From positions 133,486,001-133,539,864 of the forward strand of contig CM097882.1 in the NCBI GenBank assembly GCA_044892505.1: DNA of 53,864 nt, in the 5' to 3' direction. The notes under the pieces are model-generated. The model worked only from the letters and a program-made list of their open reading frames with translations, made no database searches and was not told where the DNA came from. The position numbers were made by a program, and so were the translations under genes. Source of the DNA: Schmidtea nova (Eukaryota). Positions 35,365 to 48,271 of the stretch are shown here, in pieces (the first letter of the stretch is position 1; each line of letters begins with the position of its first letter).

Positions 35365-36559
35365 ATATATACACTACTAGTATAAACCTTAATTCATAAA
35401 TATAAAACAAGAGTAATGCATCACCATCTTTTAGTTTATCAATAGCCTATTGACATTTGGTATCAAATAAAAATTAAATTAAACTCTTTTAAAAAAGATT
35501 AAAAAAGTCGAAAATCTTTAATCCGTTGACGAATTCAAGTTAAAAACTTGAAATTCATACTCTCCGTTAAGAACAGGTTGACGAACAATCAAATAGTTTG
35601 ACATTGTTAAAGTATTTGTGTTGATGATTGCAGTAACGATTGATTTCAAAAATGCTAACAATTATAGAAGAAAAAAATTAAAAAATATTGATTTATTTAT
35701 ATTTTTTTTCATATTTTTTTAAAAAAAAAGTTTTGGAATTATAAAATTCTCTAAAATTATTTGCTAATTTCAATTAAAAATATTTTTAACTGCTGCCAAA
35801 TGAAATTCGTTCCAAAAATCTGTAACAAAATGAGAATCAATTTATAGATTAGTTAATTTGACCACAATAATATTTATAAATTTTGAAAAAATTTCCAAAA
35901 ATTAAATTAAATTTATGGAAAATTTGGCATAGATAAATTTAGAATTTTTTAAATAATTCAAGATAATAAATAAAATAAGTTAACTCTATGAAGACATATA
36001 AATCACTGATTATTTANNNNNNNNNNNNNNNNNNNNNNNNNNNNNNNNNNNNNNNNNNNNNNNNNNNNNNNNNNNNNNNNNNNNNNNNNNNNNNNNNNNN
36101 NNNNNNNNNNNNNNNNNNNNNNNNNNNNNNNNNNNNNNNNNNNNNNNNNNNTAATGTAATACAAATAGATGTTATTAATTATGAATATTATTTTTAATAT
36201 GTTACTTTTTTGTTATTGTTGCAATTTTTAATATTAGAAAATAATTCTCTAAATCAGTGGTTCTTAACCGCGTGTGCGAAGTTGTAATTCTACAAATTAA
36301 CAATTAAATTTAATTGAAGTTAGTAAAATAAAAATCTTAACTCTAAAATTATTTTTATCCTTCCATGATAGTTGTGTATGTGATAACTTAATAAACAAAA
36401 TTATAATTTTTATTATAATTTTGTAATATTTAATTAAAAAATTTAATTAACAAATTAAAATATTCGAGTAAATATTAAATTATATTTTGAAAAATATTAT
36501 TTCCGTTATAAAATAATGGGTGTAATGTAAAATTTGAATTAAACAAGAGAATTAAATAA

Positions 36560-37830
36560 AACTACTAAAAAGGGGTTAAAGTTCTTCCAAATGTGGTGAA
36601 ATCTGGATGAGAAAGCTCGCATCAACTTCAAATACTAAAAACAATTGTGAATGATACGTATTATTAATATTATTAAAATATTAATATGATTGAAACATAG
36701 AAGTTTACCACAAAAATGTAGTTGTAGAAAACTAACTAAACTAATTGACATATGGTCTGAACGTATCTTAACATACGTAGCAGGTGTAAGAGTTTTATTA
36801 ATAATGTGAGAATCACCAATTCCTTTGCTATTAAAATATCCAATATTTGAAAATCTGTTTTACATTTTAGAGTTAAGTGGTTCTCCATGCAAATTTAAAG
36901 TCCATCGTTTTTCTTCATTACTCATGCAAGCAGCACCGGTTCGAGATAATTATACGCCCCAGGCGAAAATTATAAAAAGCGCCCTATTTTAAAAATTAGG
37001 TACAAAAATTATGATAAAATAAAAAAGATTAACAAAAAACAATCTATTTATTACTTCATTTCATTTTTTTCGATTGATTTACATATATATAAAAAAAATA
37101 AATTTCTCAGAATTGGAAATTCGTATATTTTGCATGTACTTTTTTTTTGTTTTTTCTTATTTTCAAATTTTTTTAAAACGGTTGGTTTCATAGATAAATT
37201 TCAAAATATAAAGTTTTGGAGGCTTATTTTATAATTTTCTTTGATTGTTTATAATAAATTTTGGCGCCCTCTAAAAAAAAGGCGCCCTAGGCTATGGCCT
37301 AGGTAGCCTGGCCCTTGGGCCGGGCCTGCATGCAAGCATGATAATTCCCAATTTACAAGTTTCACAAATATTTCAAAACAGTTAGCAAAAATAAATTTTG
37401 CAGATATTTCTTCAAGAACATTTCAAAATTAGACTAAATTAAAACGGTTTATCCTTTGTTAATAAATTATTTCTTCAAAATCGACATATTAAAACATTAT
37501 TAGTCTTATGTCAAAGAATATTGAAATTGGACTGTAAAAATGTATGGTCAGATGAAACAAAAATATGCTTGCACGATAGTGATGAAAAGCGATGTATTTG
37601 AAATATGGATGGAGAACCACTTAAATATAAAAATGTAAAACCGACTATCAAATATGACCGTCATTGTATGGGAATATTTCAGTAGAAATGAAATTGGGGA
37701 TTCTCACATTATTAATAATACTCTTACATCTGCTAAGTATGTTAGGATCATTTCAGACCATGTGGTACCATTTACAATACGTTAAATTGGAGAGAACATC
37801 ATATTTCAACAAGATAATGGCTAAAGTATT
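36560..37830 (+). pseudogene. Decayed Tc1 transposase interrupted by the MITE at 36931-37328
   Basis: VWSDETKICL...KPTIKY..LTSAKYVRII..IIFQQDNG at ~37540-37820; 5' boundary approximate. Confidence 0.6.
36931..37328. mobile_element. hAT-type MITE, copy 2
   Basis: Ends CAGCACCGG / CCGGGCCTG; 8-bp TSD CATGCAAG. Confidence 0.88.
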
Positions 37831-38758
37831 ATGATCTTTATTGCGTGGAAGGCTATTAATTCACTTTTTTATTTGTTATTTAGTTGCTACTATTTGCTTC
37901 GATAATAATTAATGCCAAATTTTGTAATGCTAGTTGTTGAAATATTTTTATTTATTTGGCCTTATGAGCTTTTATATAGTTTTATGTACAAGAGATTTGT
38001 AAAGCTTAGCAGAGTCTACGATAAAATCTGTCTTGAGACAGCTGGGGTGAATGTTATATACTTTTGTGTGCATGTGTGCGTGCGTATGTATATTTATTCA
38101 ACAAGAAACCGAATATAAAATAATAACCAAACTTTATTACTAAAAAAACGAAAATTGAAAATTACCCACAATAATAAAAATCGCAATCCTGTATTTCTAC
38201 TTTGACAAATTTCTTTGGAGTTATTGTTTTCTGTTTTTCTATTATTTCTGTAGTTATTAAATTTCCAAGCCAATTCCTTAGTTTCCTTTTAAATTATCTG
38301 TTTTTTCCTTTACTATTGAATCTTTTCTCTATCGTTATTCCAATTTCTTTTTAATACTTTTTTTTCCTTTTTAAAATTTTGTCTTCCAACTTTTTAATAT
38401 TAATTTTCAATTGTTTATAGTTAATGTTCTATTGTCCTAGTTTCATCGATTTTTTTAAATTCAATTTTTAATTTTTTTAATAATTATTATTATAACTTTC
38501 ATCAGCATTGGCATTCAGACAAAAATAAAAAAGGGGCTTATCCGGTGTCCGCAAGAACGCCCACCGTAATAATGACAGCGACGATAACAAGCATAATAAT
38601 ATTACATCAACAATAACAATAATAAAAATATACAGCATTAAAAAAAGTATGCTGCTAAAAATACCAAAGAATAGTTGAAAAGTAATAAAAGATAAAAGTG
38701 CCTATAAAGTCAGCTTTAAGTCCAAAACAGAATTCAATTAAAAATCTATGGTTTCAAC

Positions 38759-41700
38759 CAAGGGCGCTGGCAGAATTTTTTGAAAGGTGGTGCAGAATAA
38801 AACAATGTCTATGTTAAATCTTTATAGTCCCCTCAACATATTTTCGAGAAATTCAAAACTCTATGAGACCAAAATAATAACTAATTGGCTATTTTGGTGG
38901 AAATTTTCGAATATAGATTACAGTAATCTCTACTGACCTACGGTAGTATTGTACTCAAATTTAACACTAAGACTTCAATAATTCTAATTTTTTTCATGTT
39001 AGAAACATGTTTATTACACATTATAACATTATTTAAAAACAAACGAACGAAAGCAAAAATTATGCGTGAATTCGTACGTTGATGGATGATGAGAAACTCA
39101 TTGACATATTACGATTCATAACGTTTTGTATCGTTTTTATGTTTGCTAAGTGAATAAGCGGACTTACATTTGGTGAGACCAATAATAATAAGTATGCTTA
39201 TTATTTTCCATTTTGTCAATATATGGTTTCTAGCCTTCTAAATGTAGTAATGTACTGTTTATTTTAGTGCGAAATGTGCAATATTAACATTGTATAGGCT
39301 ATACCATAAAATTAACAAAATTATCTTAGTTATTTGTTTAAAAAAATAAAAACCTCATTTACCCAATAATGAGTGATATAAGGAATTTTTTTTATCAAGA
39401 ATTGAAAGGAGAATGAAAAAATTCAGGAGAGCTCTCAGATACTTCATTCGGATCCTTCCACTTCTATGTCATTGCCAACGTTTATCGTCTGATTTTTCAA
39501 TAAAAGGAGATAATTTTGAAGAAACTGTACAGTGATTTAGATATTGGTATGTATTTAAACAAGCATATTAATGACGAGGAACGATTGAAACTTTTAAAAA
39601 CCCACTGGGTACCCAGTATAGAATATAATTTCAAAAAGGATGTAGATACTATTGCAAAACGAGCATTTCGTCTGGAATAGTTAGCAATTTATTCTTGGAT
39701 AGGTTACTCTGCCGCTCTAAAAGGCCAATTTTGCCGCTTGTGTGTATTGTTTCAACCTATAGTGCATTGCAGTTTACTTGGAGCATTTATTGTAAAGCCA
39801 TGCGTTCAATATAATAAATTTAATGAATTGGCAAAAAAGTCGTGCATCCACTTAATGGCATCGTGATGCAATGAAACAATCAGAAAATTTCTTAGAGTAG
39901 CATCAGGAAAACAAGCAGACGTATATCAGCTTTAAAACAGTGCTCATGCCAAAGAAATTGATGCAAATAGAGTGAAACTTTGATCTATAATAGCTTCGAT
40001 GATTTTTTGTGCGTGTCATGATCTTCCTTTTCGGGCTGTATTCACAGACTTACTTCATTTTCGAGTGATTTCTGGAGATAAAATTTTGCAACAACACTTG
40101 GAATCAGGGGCTAAGAATGTACTATATATATCTCATCAGTCCCATAATGAAATTATTGATTCTCTAAAAAGTTCGTTGAGAGAAACGTTGATTAATAAAG
40201 TTAAAGAAGCGCAAGTTTCCTCTGTTTTAACTGATGAAACTGCTGACATTGCAGTGATAGAATTGATATTTATTGGAATTCTCTATTTATATCAAGATGA
40301 AAATAATATATTCAAAATTCATGAAGAATTTATGTGATTTTCTGCTCTATCTGACTTAGATGCCAAATCTATATCTAGGGTAATAATGAAGGCAATACAA
40401 GATTTAGGTCTAGATCTTAACCTTTTGGTTGGTCAAGGATACGATGGATGTGCTACAATGTTTGGTCAAATAGGTGGGATTCAAAAAATAATACGATACT
40501 TATACCCAAAAGCAATTTTTTTTCATTGCGCAAGCCATCATTTAAATCTTGTGATTAATGACACAAACAAAATGAATGAAATTAGAAATACAGTTGAGAC
40601 AATTAAGGAAATAATAAACCTTTTCTGGGAATCTACTCTACGAAGAAATATGGTTACCAATATTCCATTACTATGTGAAATTCGCTGGTCTGCCAAACAT
40701 AAAGCAATAAGAATTTTTAAACAGAAATTTAAAGAAATAATTGCTGCTTCGGAAAATATTGCTGAAAATGGAAACTCACAAAAAAGGCAAAAGGCACACA
40801 TGCTTTACACTGCAGCAACTAATAGTATTTTTGTAGTAGCACTGCACACAACTGCTTTATATTCATCAAAATTAGAACCAATTACTACTGCGTTGCAAGA
40901 AATTCAACTTGACCTGCAATCTCTCAATACAGAAATTGGCAAGCTATTGAAGATTTTCCATCGACACAGAGAACATGTTGAAGAAAATTTCAAACTTATC
41001 TTTCAAAATATTAAAAAATCATGTGACTTAATGAATATTGACCTTAAATTTCCCTGTATTGTGAAGAAAAAGGCACACAAATCCAATCAACCAGCAGATT
41101 TTATTGAGGAGTATTTTAGAAGATTGATATTCATTTCTTATTTAGATTCGATTATTTGTGCCTTGAATGAGCATTTTTCTGAGACCCATAGTACACCCTT
41201 CTCACTTTTGCAACTGCACCCAGGGGAAATAAAATTGTTGAAAAAAACTGATTTTTTAAAGATTGCAACAAATTTAGAAGAGTTTAATGGAAATTTTCTT
41301 ATGTATAACTTTATTAGTGAAGCTTTTACATGGTATGAATCTTGGGCCGAAGATGACGTAGATACATCAAAGGTGGAATATATAGATTTATTAGATAAGG
41401 CTAAAAGATTTTATCCTGAAATTTTTTAAGCTATTAAAATTGGCCTCACTCTGCCCATCACAACATGTACTGTGGAACGCTCATTTAGCACATTACGAAG
41501 AGCAAAGACATGGACAAGGTCAACCATGCCAGAAGAACGATTTTCAGGTTTATTTATGATGAGCGTACATAGAAAGAGAATTGATGGCAACGAAGAATTT
41601 GTGAACGCTTCCATATCAAAGTTTGACGAGAAACCGAGAAGATTACAATTTATATTTTTAGAAAATGACAAAAATAAATGACAGGTTTAATTTAAAAATC

Positions 41701-41899
41701 TTATTCTGTTTTGCAGAGTTATTTTATTATTTTGTTTTAGACTTATTTCTTTGATATTCATATTATATAAATGAATTTTTTAGAACGTAAAGTTTGTTTT
41801 AATAGGTCAATTAAAATTTCAAAAATTTTGTATTGTATTATTTAGAAAATGAAAGGTGGTGCACTTGCACCACCTTGCACCTCCCTGTCGGCGCCCATG
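38759..41899 (+). mobile_element. Full-length hAT transposon with decayed transposase (~39369-41681)
   Basis: TIRs CAAGGGCGCTGGCAG / CTGTCGGCGCCCATG; 8-bp TSD GTTTCAAC; LTDETADI, GQGYDG..M, FFHCASHHLNL, LCEIRW, ERSFSTLRRAKTW..M...RFSGL; many stops. Confidence 0.9.
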
Positions 41900-43447
41900 G
41901 TTTCAACCTAAAAAAAATTTTTTTAAGAAGGTTTTCAAAATATTAAAGATGTACTATACATTATTGAAAAATAGTAAAGTTTTATAACTCCTGATTATTG
42001 CAAGGAATTTGTTGAACCAATGACAAAAAGAATAAATTATGTTATATGTTCTAAAGAATTGATGACCAAATATTAAACTGAAATATTTTATTTTTCAATG
42101 TAAAAAGTTAAATTAAAATAATATTTCATAAAGTGCTCGAATACAGATTTTCTTGATAAAAATTAAAATTTTATTTATAAAATTATCACATGCAGAAATA
42201 TTATGTAAGTAATATGTTGTTTTTATTTCTGACACCAGTTATTATGTATAGTTATTATTGGTTAGTATTGTTTAATGTGTAAATGGTTGTGTATTGTCTA
42301 GTATAGTTTAATGTGTAAATAACTGGGTAAATGGAAATTATTGAAGTGCCCAAAAGAGTCTCCCAGAACTTATTGTGGTGACAATTGGGGTGTTGGTTTT
42401 GTTTGTGGGTGAATGTATGCGAATAAATAAGTAAACAGATTTTACATATATAACAAAATATTTAACACGAACTAGTAAACACAATTTTTATTATTACGAT
42501 AACGAAATGTTAAAAATATAAATTAATCTAACTCTGAAATTCGGTCGAAACTTTCTGGGTAGTTGGGATAGTAAATTTTAGGCTTGTATGGCTTTTTAAA
42601 CTTTCTTGGATTTTTCTTATCTTCAATTTATTTCGACTTATCAAACTATAAAATAAGACTATAAAACTTTTATTGCACTATATAAATATAAAATAATTGA
42701 AATAATTAAACAGCACTACTCAGCTTTATATACATGAAATAGCATCAAAAATAAGTTAAATGAAACTTAGAAAACAATTTGTAAAAGTTTCATTTAACTT
42801 TATTTTAAATGTCCTTTCATTTTTTTAGATTACTACAATATCTATATAATTTCTCACATTTTTATGAAACAATATTATATCCACTTGGGAAACCCACATA
42901 ATGAGAGCGAGATAATGACTTCAAATTGAATATTTTTTAATTAAATTATATGAAAATAAAATACAATATAATTTTAATTTTACTCCCCTTACGCTCATAT
43001 TTTTTAGTGACTTTGTTTGGATGGAATATTAGTTGAAATGTTTTTTTTAGTATTTCTAAAAATTTGAACAAAATTTTATATTTAGAAATTTGCATTATTT
43101 ATTTCTCATATTGATATATGCTCTGTTCTTTTTATGTCTCACTTATTACAGATAAATTATATATTAGATAATGATAGCGAGTACTTCTTTAACATTCTAC
43201 TCTAATTATATTTATATTATATTACCAATGGGACAAATTTGTGAAGTTAAAGGTAAAAACAGATATCGCTAGTAAAATAACGAATATAAAACTCACAATC
43301 TATTGTCCCAATAGTTAGTAATTAACAGCGAAAATTTAGTTCAAAATTCTCTTTTTATACTGAAAGATTCTCTTAATCTTTAGAGGAAAACAGTTATTTG
43401 TCACTAAATGCATACGTAAAATCCAGATAAACTTTTATTATGTAGAC

Positions 43448-43658
43448 CAGTGTTTCCCAACCTGGGCGATATATATATACACACACATATATATATATAG
43501 CACAGACACACACAAACAAGTCCTATAAATGACCTACATCTATATATACCTCTGCCCTCAATTTGTCAATCTTTATATTATAACACTATATGGCGCACAC
43601 ACATCACCTTACAGTGTTTCCCAACCTGGGCGATAATCTAAAGGGTTGGGAAACGCTG
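43448..43658. mobile_element. Small hAT (Charlie-like) MITE with internally duplicated 5' end
   Basis: CAGTGTTTCCCAACC / GGTTGGGAAACGCTG; 8-bp TSD ATGTAGAC; 23-bp 5' end repeated at 43612. Confidence 0.8.
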
Positions 43659-46600
43659 ATGTAGACTATTTATATTATACTACTAAATATTATGTACACA
43701 AAATGTGAGCTTGATTTTAGAAATTGGAACCTCGTTACTATTTCATTTGTTCCTGAGAACATGTACGACGTTCTTATTAAAGCAATTTAAATAAATATGA
43801 AACTATTTTGCCACGACTTTTGTCACGAAAAATTTGAGATTATTTTAGTTTGCCGCAATCCATTTAGAGTCGAGATTCAATGATGTACTCCATTTGCATA
43901 TTATTTTCAAAATATAGATTTTGCGCACCAATGATTTTTAATCTCTCGGCTGATTCCCAGTCAGACATGATTCCAACCAGTAATTCTCAGGAATACATAT
44001 TCCTCCAGAATCGACCCACATCTCTTTCATTTAATATACAATCATACTTATCATTAAACTTTTAAGCTAAATAACATGTTCACATAAAAAAGACACTCAA
44101 TTTTTTAAAATATAAAATTGATAGTCCAGGGGTTAAGAATATCATAAATACTATGTTATACACTTTTGTTAAAGACGCTTAAAAAATAAAATAAAAATAT
44201 ATTATTAAATAAGTAAATGATTGCGAGAAAATGGATAAAAAAATTATATGCTGTTCTAGGAATCTGTGAAGCAGGAGTGAAACGAAGAAATTGAAAAATG
44301 AGAATGAAATTGGAAAAGTAAATGAAATCAAACAATGAAACAAAACAAGGCCGATAGTAATTAACAAGTAAAAGTCAGAAAAAAGAATTTTAAAAGCAAC
44401 AAGAAAATCAAGTCAAAGTTTACATATCTTGACAGCTTGTCTGGGTTAACGAATGAATCACAAGAAAAGTCTGGAAAAGAAAAAGAGAAGGGATTTTATA
44501 TCTTGACAGCTGTCAGAGATAATACGGGAATGAGAAAAATGAAAAGGAGATTGCAAAAGTGAGAGTTGGAAATGGAACTGAGAAATAAGGATCAGACAAT
44601 AGCAGACAATAGAATATAAAACACTAAACAAAATTGAAAAACAACACAAAAAAGAGAGACAAATTATTCTTGCCGAAAATTCGTGTATTAGAAATTATTG
44701 AAACAGAAAACCTTGAAGTAAAAATAACTTAGAATTTAACCGGAATTGGAAGTAGAGAGAATCATATGTATCCAGAAACAATCAAAAAGCCTATTTATTA
44801 AAGTTATACGAACTCGATGAATCCAGCTGGAGGAACGCAACCAGATTGATTTGGCAATTTTTAAATCCGAGGTGGTAGTAAGTAGTCGTAAATTCAAATC
44901 GCTATCCATTGTGCTATTCGTTATAAAAGTGCCTTTATATATATATATATATACGGTCTTTTTTTGCACGATTTTGAAATAACACGAAATATAAACAATC
45001 TTAATTTTGGAATTTTTTTATTCTTTTACACGGACAAAAATTCTGCTTCTAAAAAAATTCACAAAAAAATGCATGAAATATTTTGTGATTTGGTTATAAT
45101 GTTCACAGGTCCAGCCATGGTGTGTTAACAAAATTAATAAGTTTTTATTTTATTTAATTTAATTTATTATAATACATTATATGTACTTATAAAACTTGTT
45201 CAAATGATTTCGTAGCGTATTTTATTTGTTCAAAATGTTTAACTACCAAGGGAGCCTCAAGATAAATTTTGTTATGTAACTTTATGTTAGCTGCATGATA
45301 TTTTTTAGTAATAAAATTTTGATAGTTTTTTAGAAGACACATTAAAAAGTTATTGTTCTTAATAACGTTTGATTTGCTGTTATTATAAGTAACGATAAGT
45401 AGTTTTAGTCAAATTTAAAAGAAGTACTGTAGAAATTAAGACCCTCGTCTCTAAAATTGGACGAAGGAGGTAATTTTGAAATCATTTTTCTAAGTTTTTG
45501 GGAAAATTGTAATCTCTTTTTTCATCTTATCTATTTATAATAACTTTTGTATATTCATTACTTTATTCCTGATTTTATATCAACCAGATCACTTAATAAC
45601 AGTTTATCTTCAAGTATCACTTTAAATAGCACCTTTATCTAATACGTAAAAATGTTTCTTTCTAAATTTTATTATTTATATATCTTATTAAAATTTTATG
45701 CGAATAAATTTTCAGTTATATATTATTTAAATAAGACATTTTTATAATACAGATTAATACATATGAAATTTATTTTTAAAATAGTTATTGTAGTAACTCT
45801 GAAATATATTACTATCAATAATGAACGTTTATTATAACAAAAATGTCGGCGCGTTGAGTTTTGAATTTCTTCCTTCTTCATATTTAAATAAATCGCCATC
45901 TTTGAATTTGAGTTTGTTTGCTGCTTTTTATTTAATAAATCTTTCCTCTTCGTCTTTGTCTTCGCATTTGAATTAGTTTGCTGCTTTTTATTTAATAAAT
46001 CTATCATCTTCACATTTGAATTTGTTTGCTGCTTTTTATTTATTGAAACTGTCATTTTTTGCATTTGAATTTGTTTGCTTGCCATTTTTTTGTCAACATT
46101 AAAACAACGATTACTCAATTTTTAAATAAACTATATTTAATTTAATAATATATATATACTTATATAATACATAAATATATGACGAAGGCACTACAATTAT
46201 AAAATATATTTTAAATTTACATGCTCATTTAATTCCAAAAATTTATGCAATTATTTTCTAATGTAATAAAATCTTCACACCTAATAAATACTACTTAAAT
46301 GAAAATATACGGAAAAATAATTATTTTTAAAATTAAATAACATATATCATTTTCGTTCTTCTCATTTAGAGTGACATGGAGTTAGATCTGACTATTATAA
46401 AATTATATTTTTCTTCATTAATATTATCAGATCTTGTTAAAATTGAAAATTACAATCATAATTTAGTTAAAAAAATCAAAAATTAATTAACTCTTAGAAT
46501 CGTCAGAGTCAACGATTCTCTCTGGGTTATGTAGTAATTTGAATGGCGTCATTCAATGATGATTTAGAGTAGGTTAATGTCATATTTTCAGATGAAGAAA

Positions 46601-47393
46601 ATTAAACATTAGATAAGAAAGTGAAATATTCTGCTAAAAAATGTTAATTACTACTAAATGAAATTTCTGAATATTTAAATTTATAAGAGATTTTTTATCT
46701 GTTAATTTAAGATGATATTTATAATGAATATTAAATTTCGTTTTTTTCCAATTTGATCTATCGTCTGATGAAAATGGGAATAAATGAAATTGTATAAAGA
46801 TCAAAAGTGAAAAATGTTAAAGATTTTAATGATAATATTTAATTAAATAAATCATTAATGAAATACATGTAATTTTTTAAAATAATCTTACTATTTTATT
46901 ATTTATTTACGATTTCATATATTTTTATTCTTTCAGATCAAAATGAAAATAAACGTAATTTAAAAGTCATTTTAAATACCACTCTTGTTGAGCCCAATAA
47001 ATCAGCAAAAAGTGATAAAAAATATTGCAATGAATTAAAACAAAAATTATACAATAAGAATTAATACATAAGGGCCCAAAAGGAAACAAAATAAATAGAA
47101 ATAAAATGAAATAAAAAAGAAGAACAAATTACCAGTAAAATACCAATTTTCTGAAAAAAGAACAGAACAAGGAAACCTGAAATAAAATTCCAACCTGGTG
47201 ATAAAATTAATAAAATAGATAAAAACAATTAAAACTTACTTTGAAAGGCGGTATGATCCTGATTGGTCAATCGGACCAACGCGATAAGTATAATTATCGA
47301 CCCAAAATCATTAATTCAGACTTTACCATTTGGTGAACTAGATCAATTCGATTAAACTTATGTTGATACTAGCATCTTGAGAAATTCGATTTA

Positions 47394-48271
47394 TTTGGCG
47401 TGTCTGAAAAGTAATGAGATTTCGTATGCCACACACATAAAACTGCTAGCTATGCATTGGTACTGCGTTAAACGAATCACAAGACTTTATACTTTCTGAC
47501 CAATCAGGTGGCTACTCACACATATGTGTGTGTGACCCTATATAAGGCATGATTCGTAGAATACTTTGTCTTCGTGCAACGACTGCACAAATGGACAACA
47601 ACAACGTGGACGAACAGCTACAGAAGTCTATGAGCAGCTACAAGAAACACAGATGACTGATCTACCATCCCGTGCCACAATGTTTCGCTGGTGTAAGGAT
47701 TTCACTGAAGGTTCACGAACATCTCTGTGTGACCAACCGAAGAGTGGAAGGCCTTCAACATCAACAGCAGATGAGAGCATTGCTAAAATTAAGCAACTGG
47801 AGATGGCAAGTGCAATATTCATGCTGTCCACCTGGTGAAACAGTAAGCTCTCAACAATACACTGAGTTTGTCCATGATATTGGTGAAAAATGGAGGACTC
47901 TGCGTTCTTCTCCAACACGACTTAACCAGCTCTGGTGGCAACATGACAATGCGCAGGTCAAGCTAATCCGTCAGTCAGCTTACAGTCCAGACTTGAATCA
48001 ATGTGATCGCTGATTGTTCAACCACCTGAAAAAAGACCTCAGAAAGAGGGACTTCCACTCCAAAGAAGAGGTCCAGAAGGAGTCGTTGCAGCTGTTCAGA
48101 CGCATTGAGCGGGAACTCTTCCAGCATGAGCTGGAACGATTGTATACCCATTGTAAAGATGTTATTCTAGTCAAGGGGGACTATGTTGTATGAAAATAAA
48201 TTGCATTACTGCAAACTGTCTGTCTTGTAAGTGGGGTAAGGGGAGTCTCATTACTTTTCAGACACGCCAAA
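47394..48271 (+). mobile_element. Internally deleted mariner element (878 bp)
   Basis: Perfect 26-bp TIRs TTTGGCGTGTCTGAAAAGTAATGAGA, TA TSD; TATEVYEQL..FRW..F..G..SL.D.PKSGRPS HTH, WQHDNA, AYSPDLNQCD. Confidence 0.9.

Noticed and set aside
44190-44940. Possible LINE endonuclease remnant (RNQIDLAI)
   Set aside because: Single short motif with no supporting GDFN or SDH motifs
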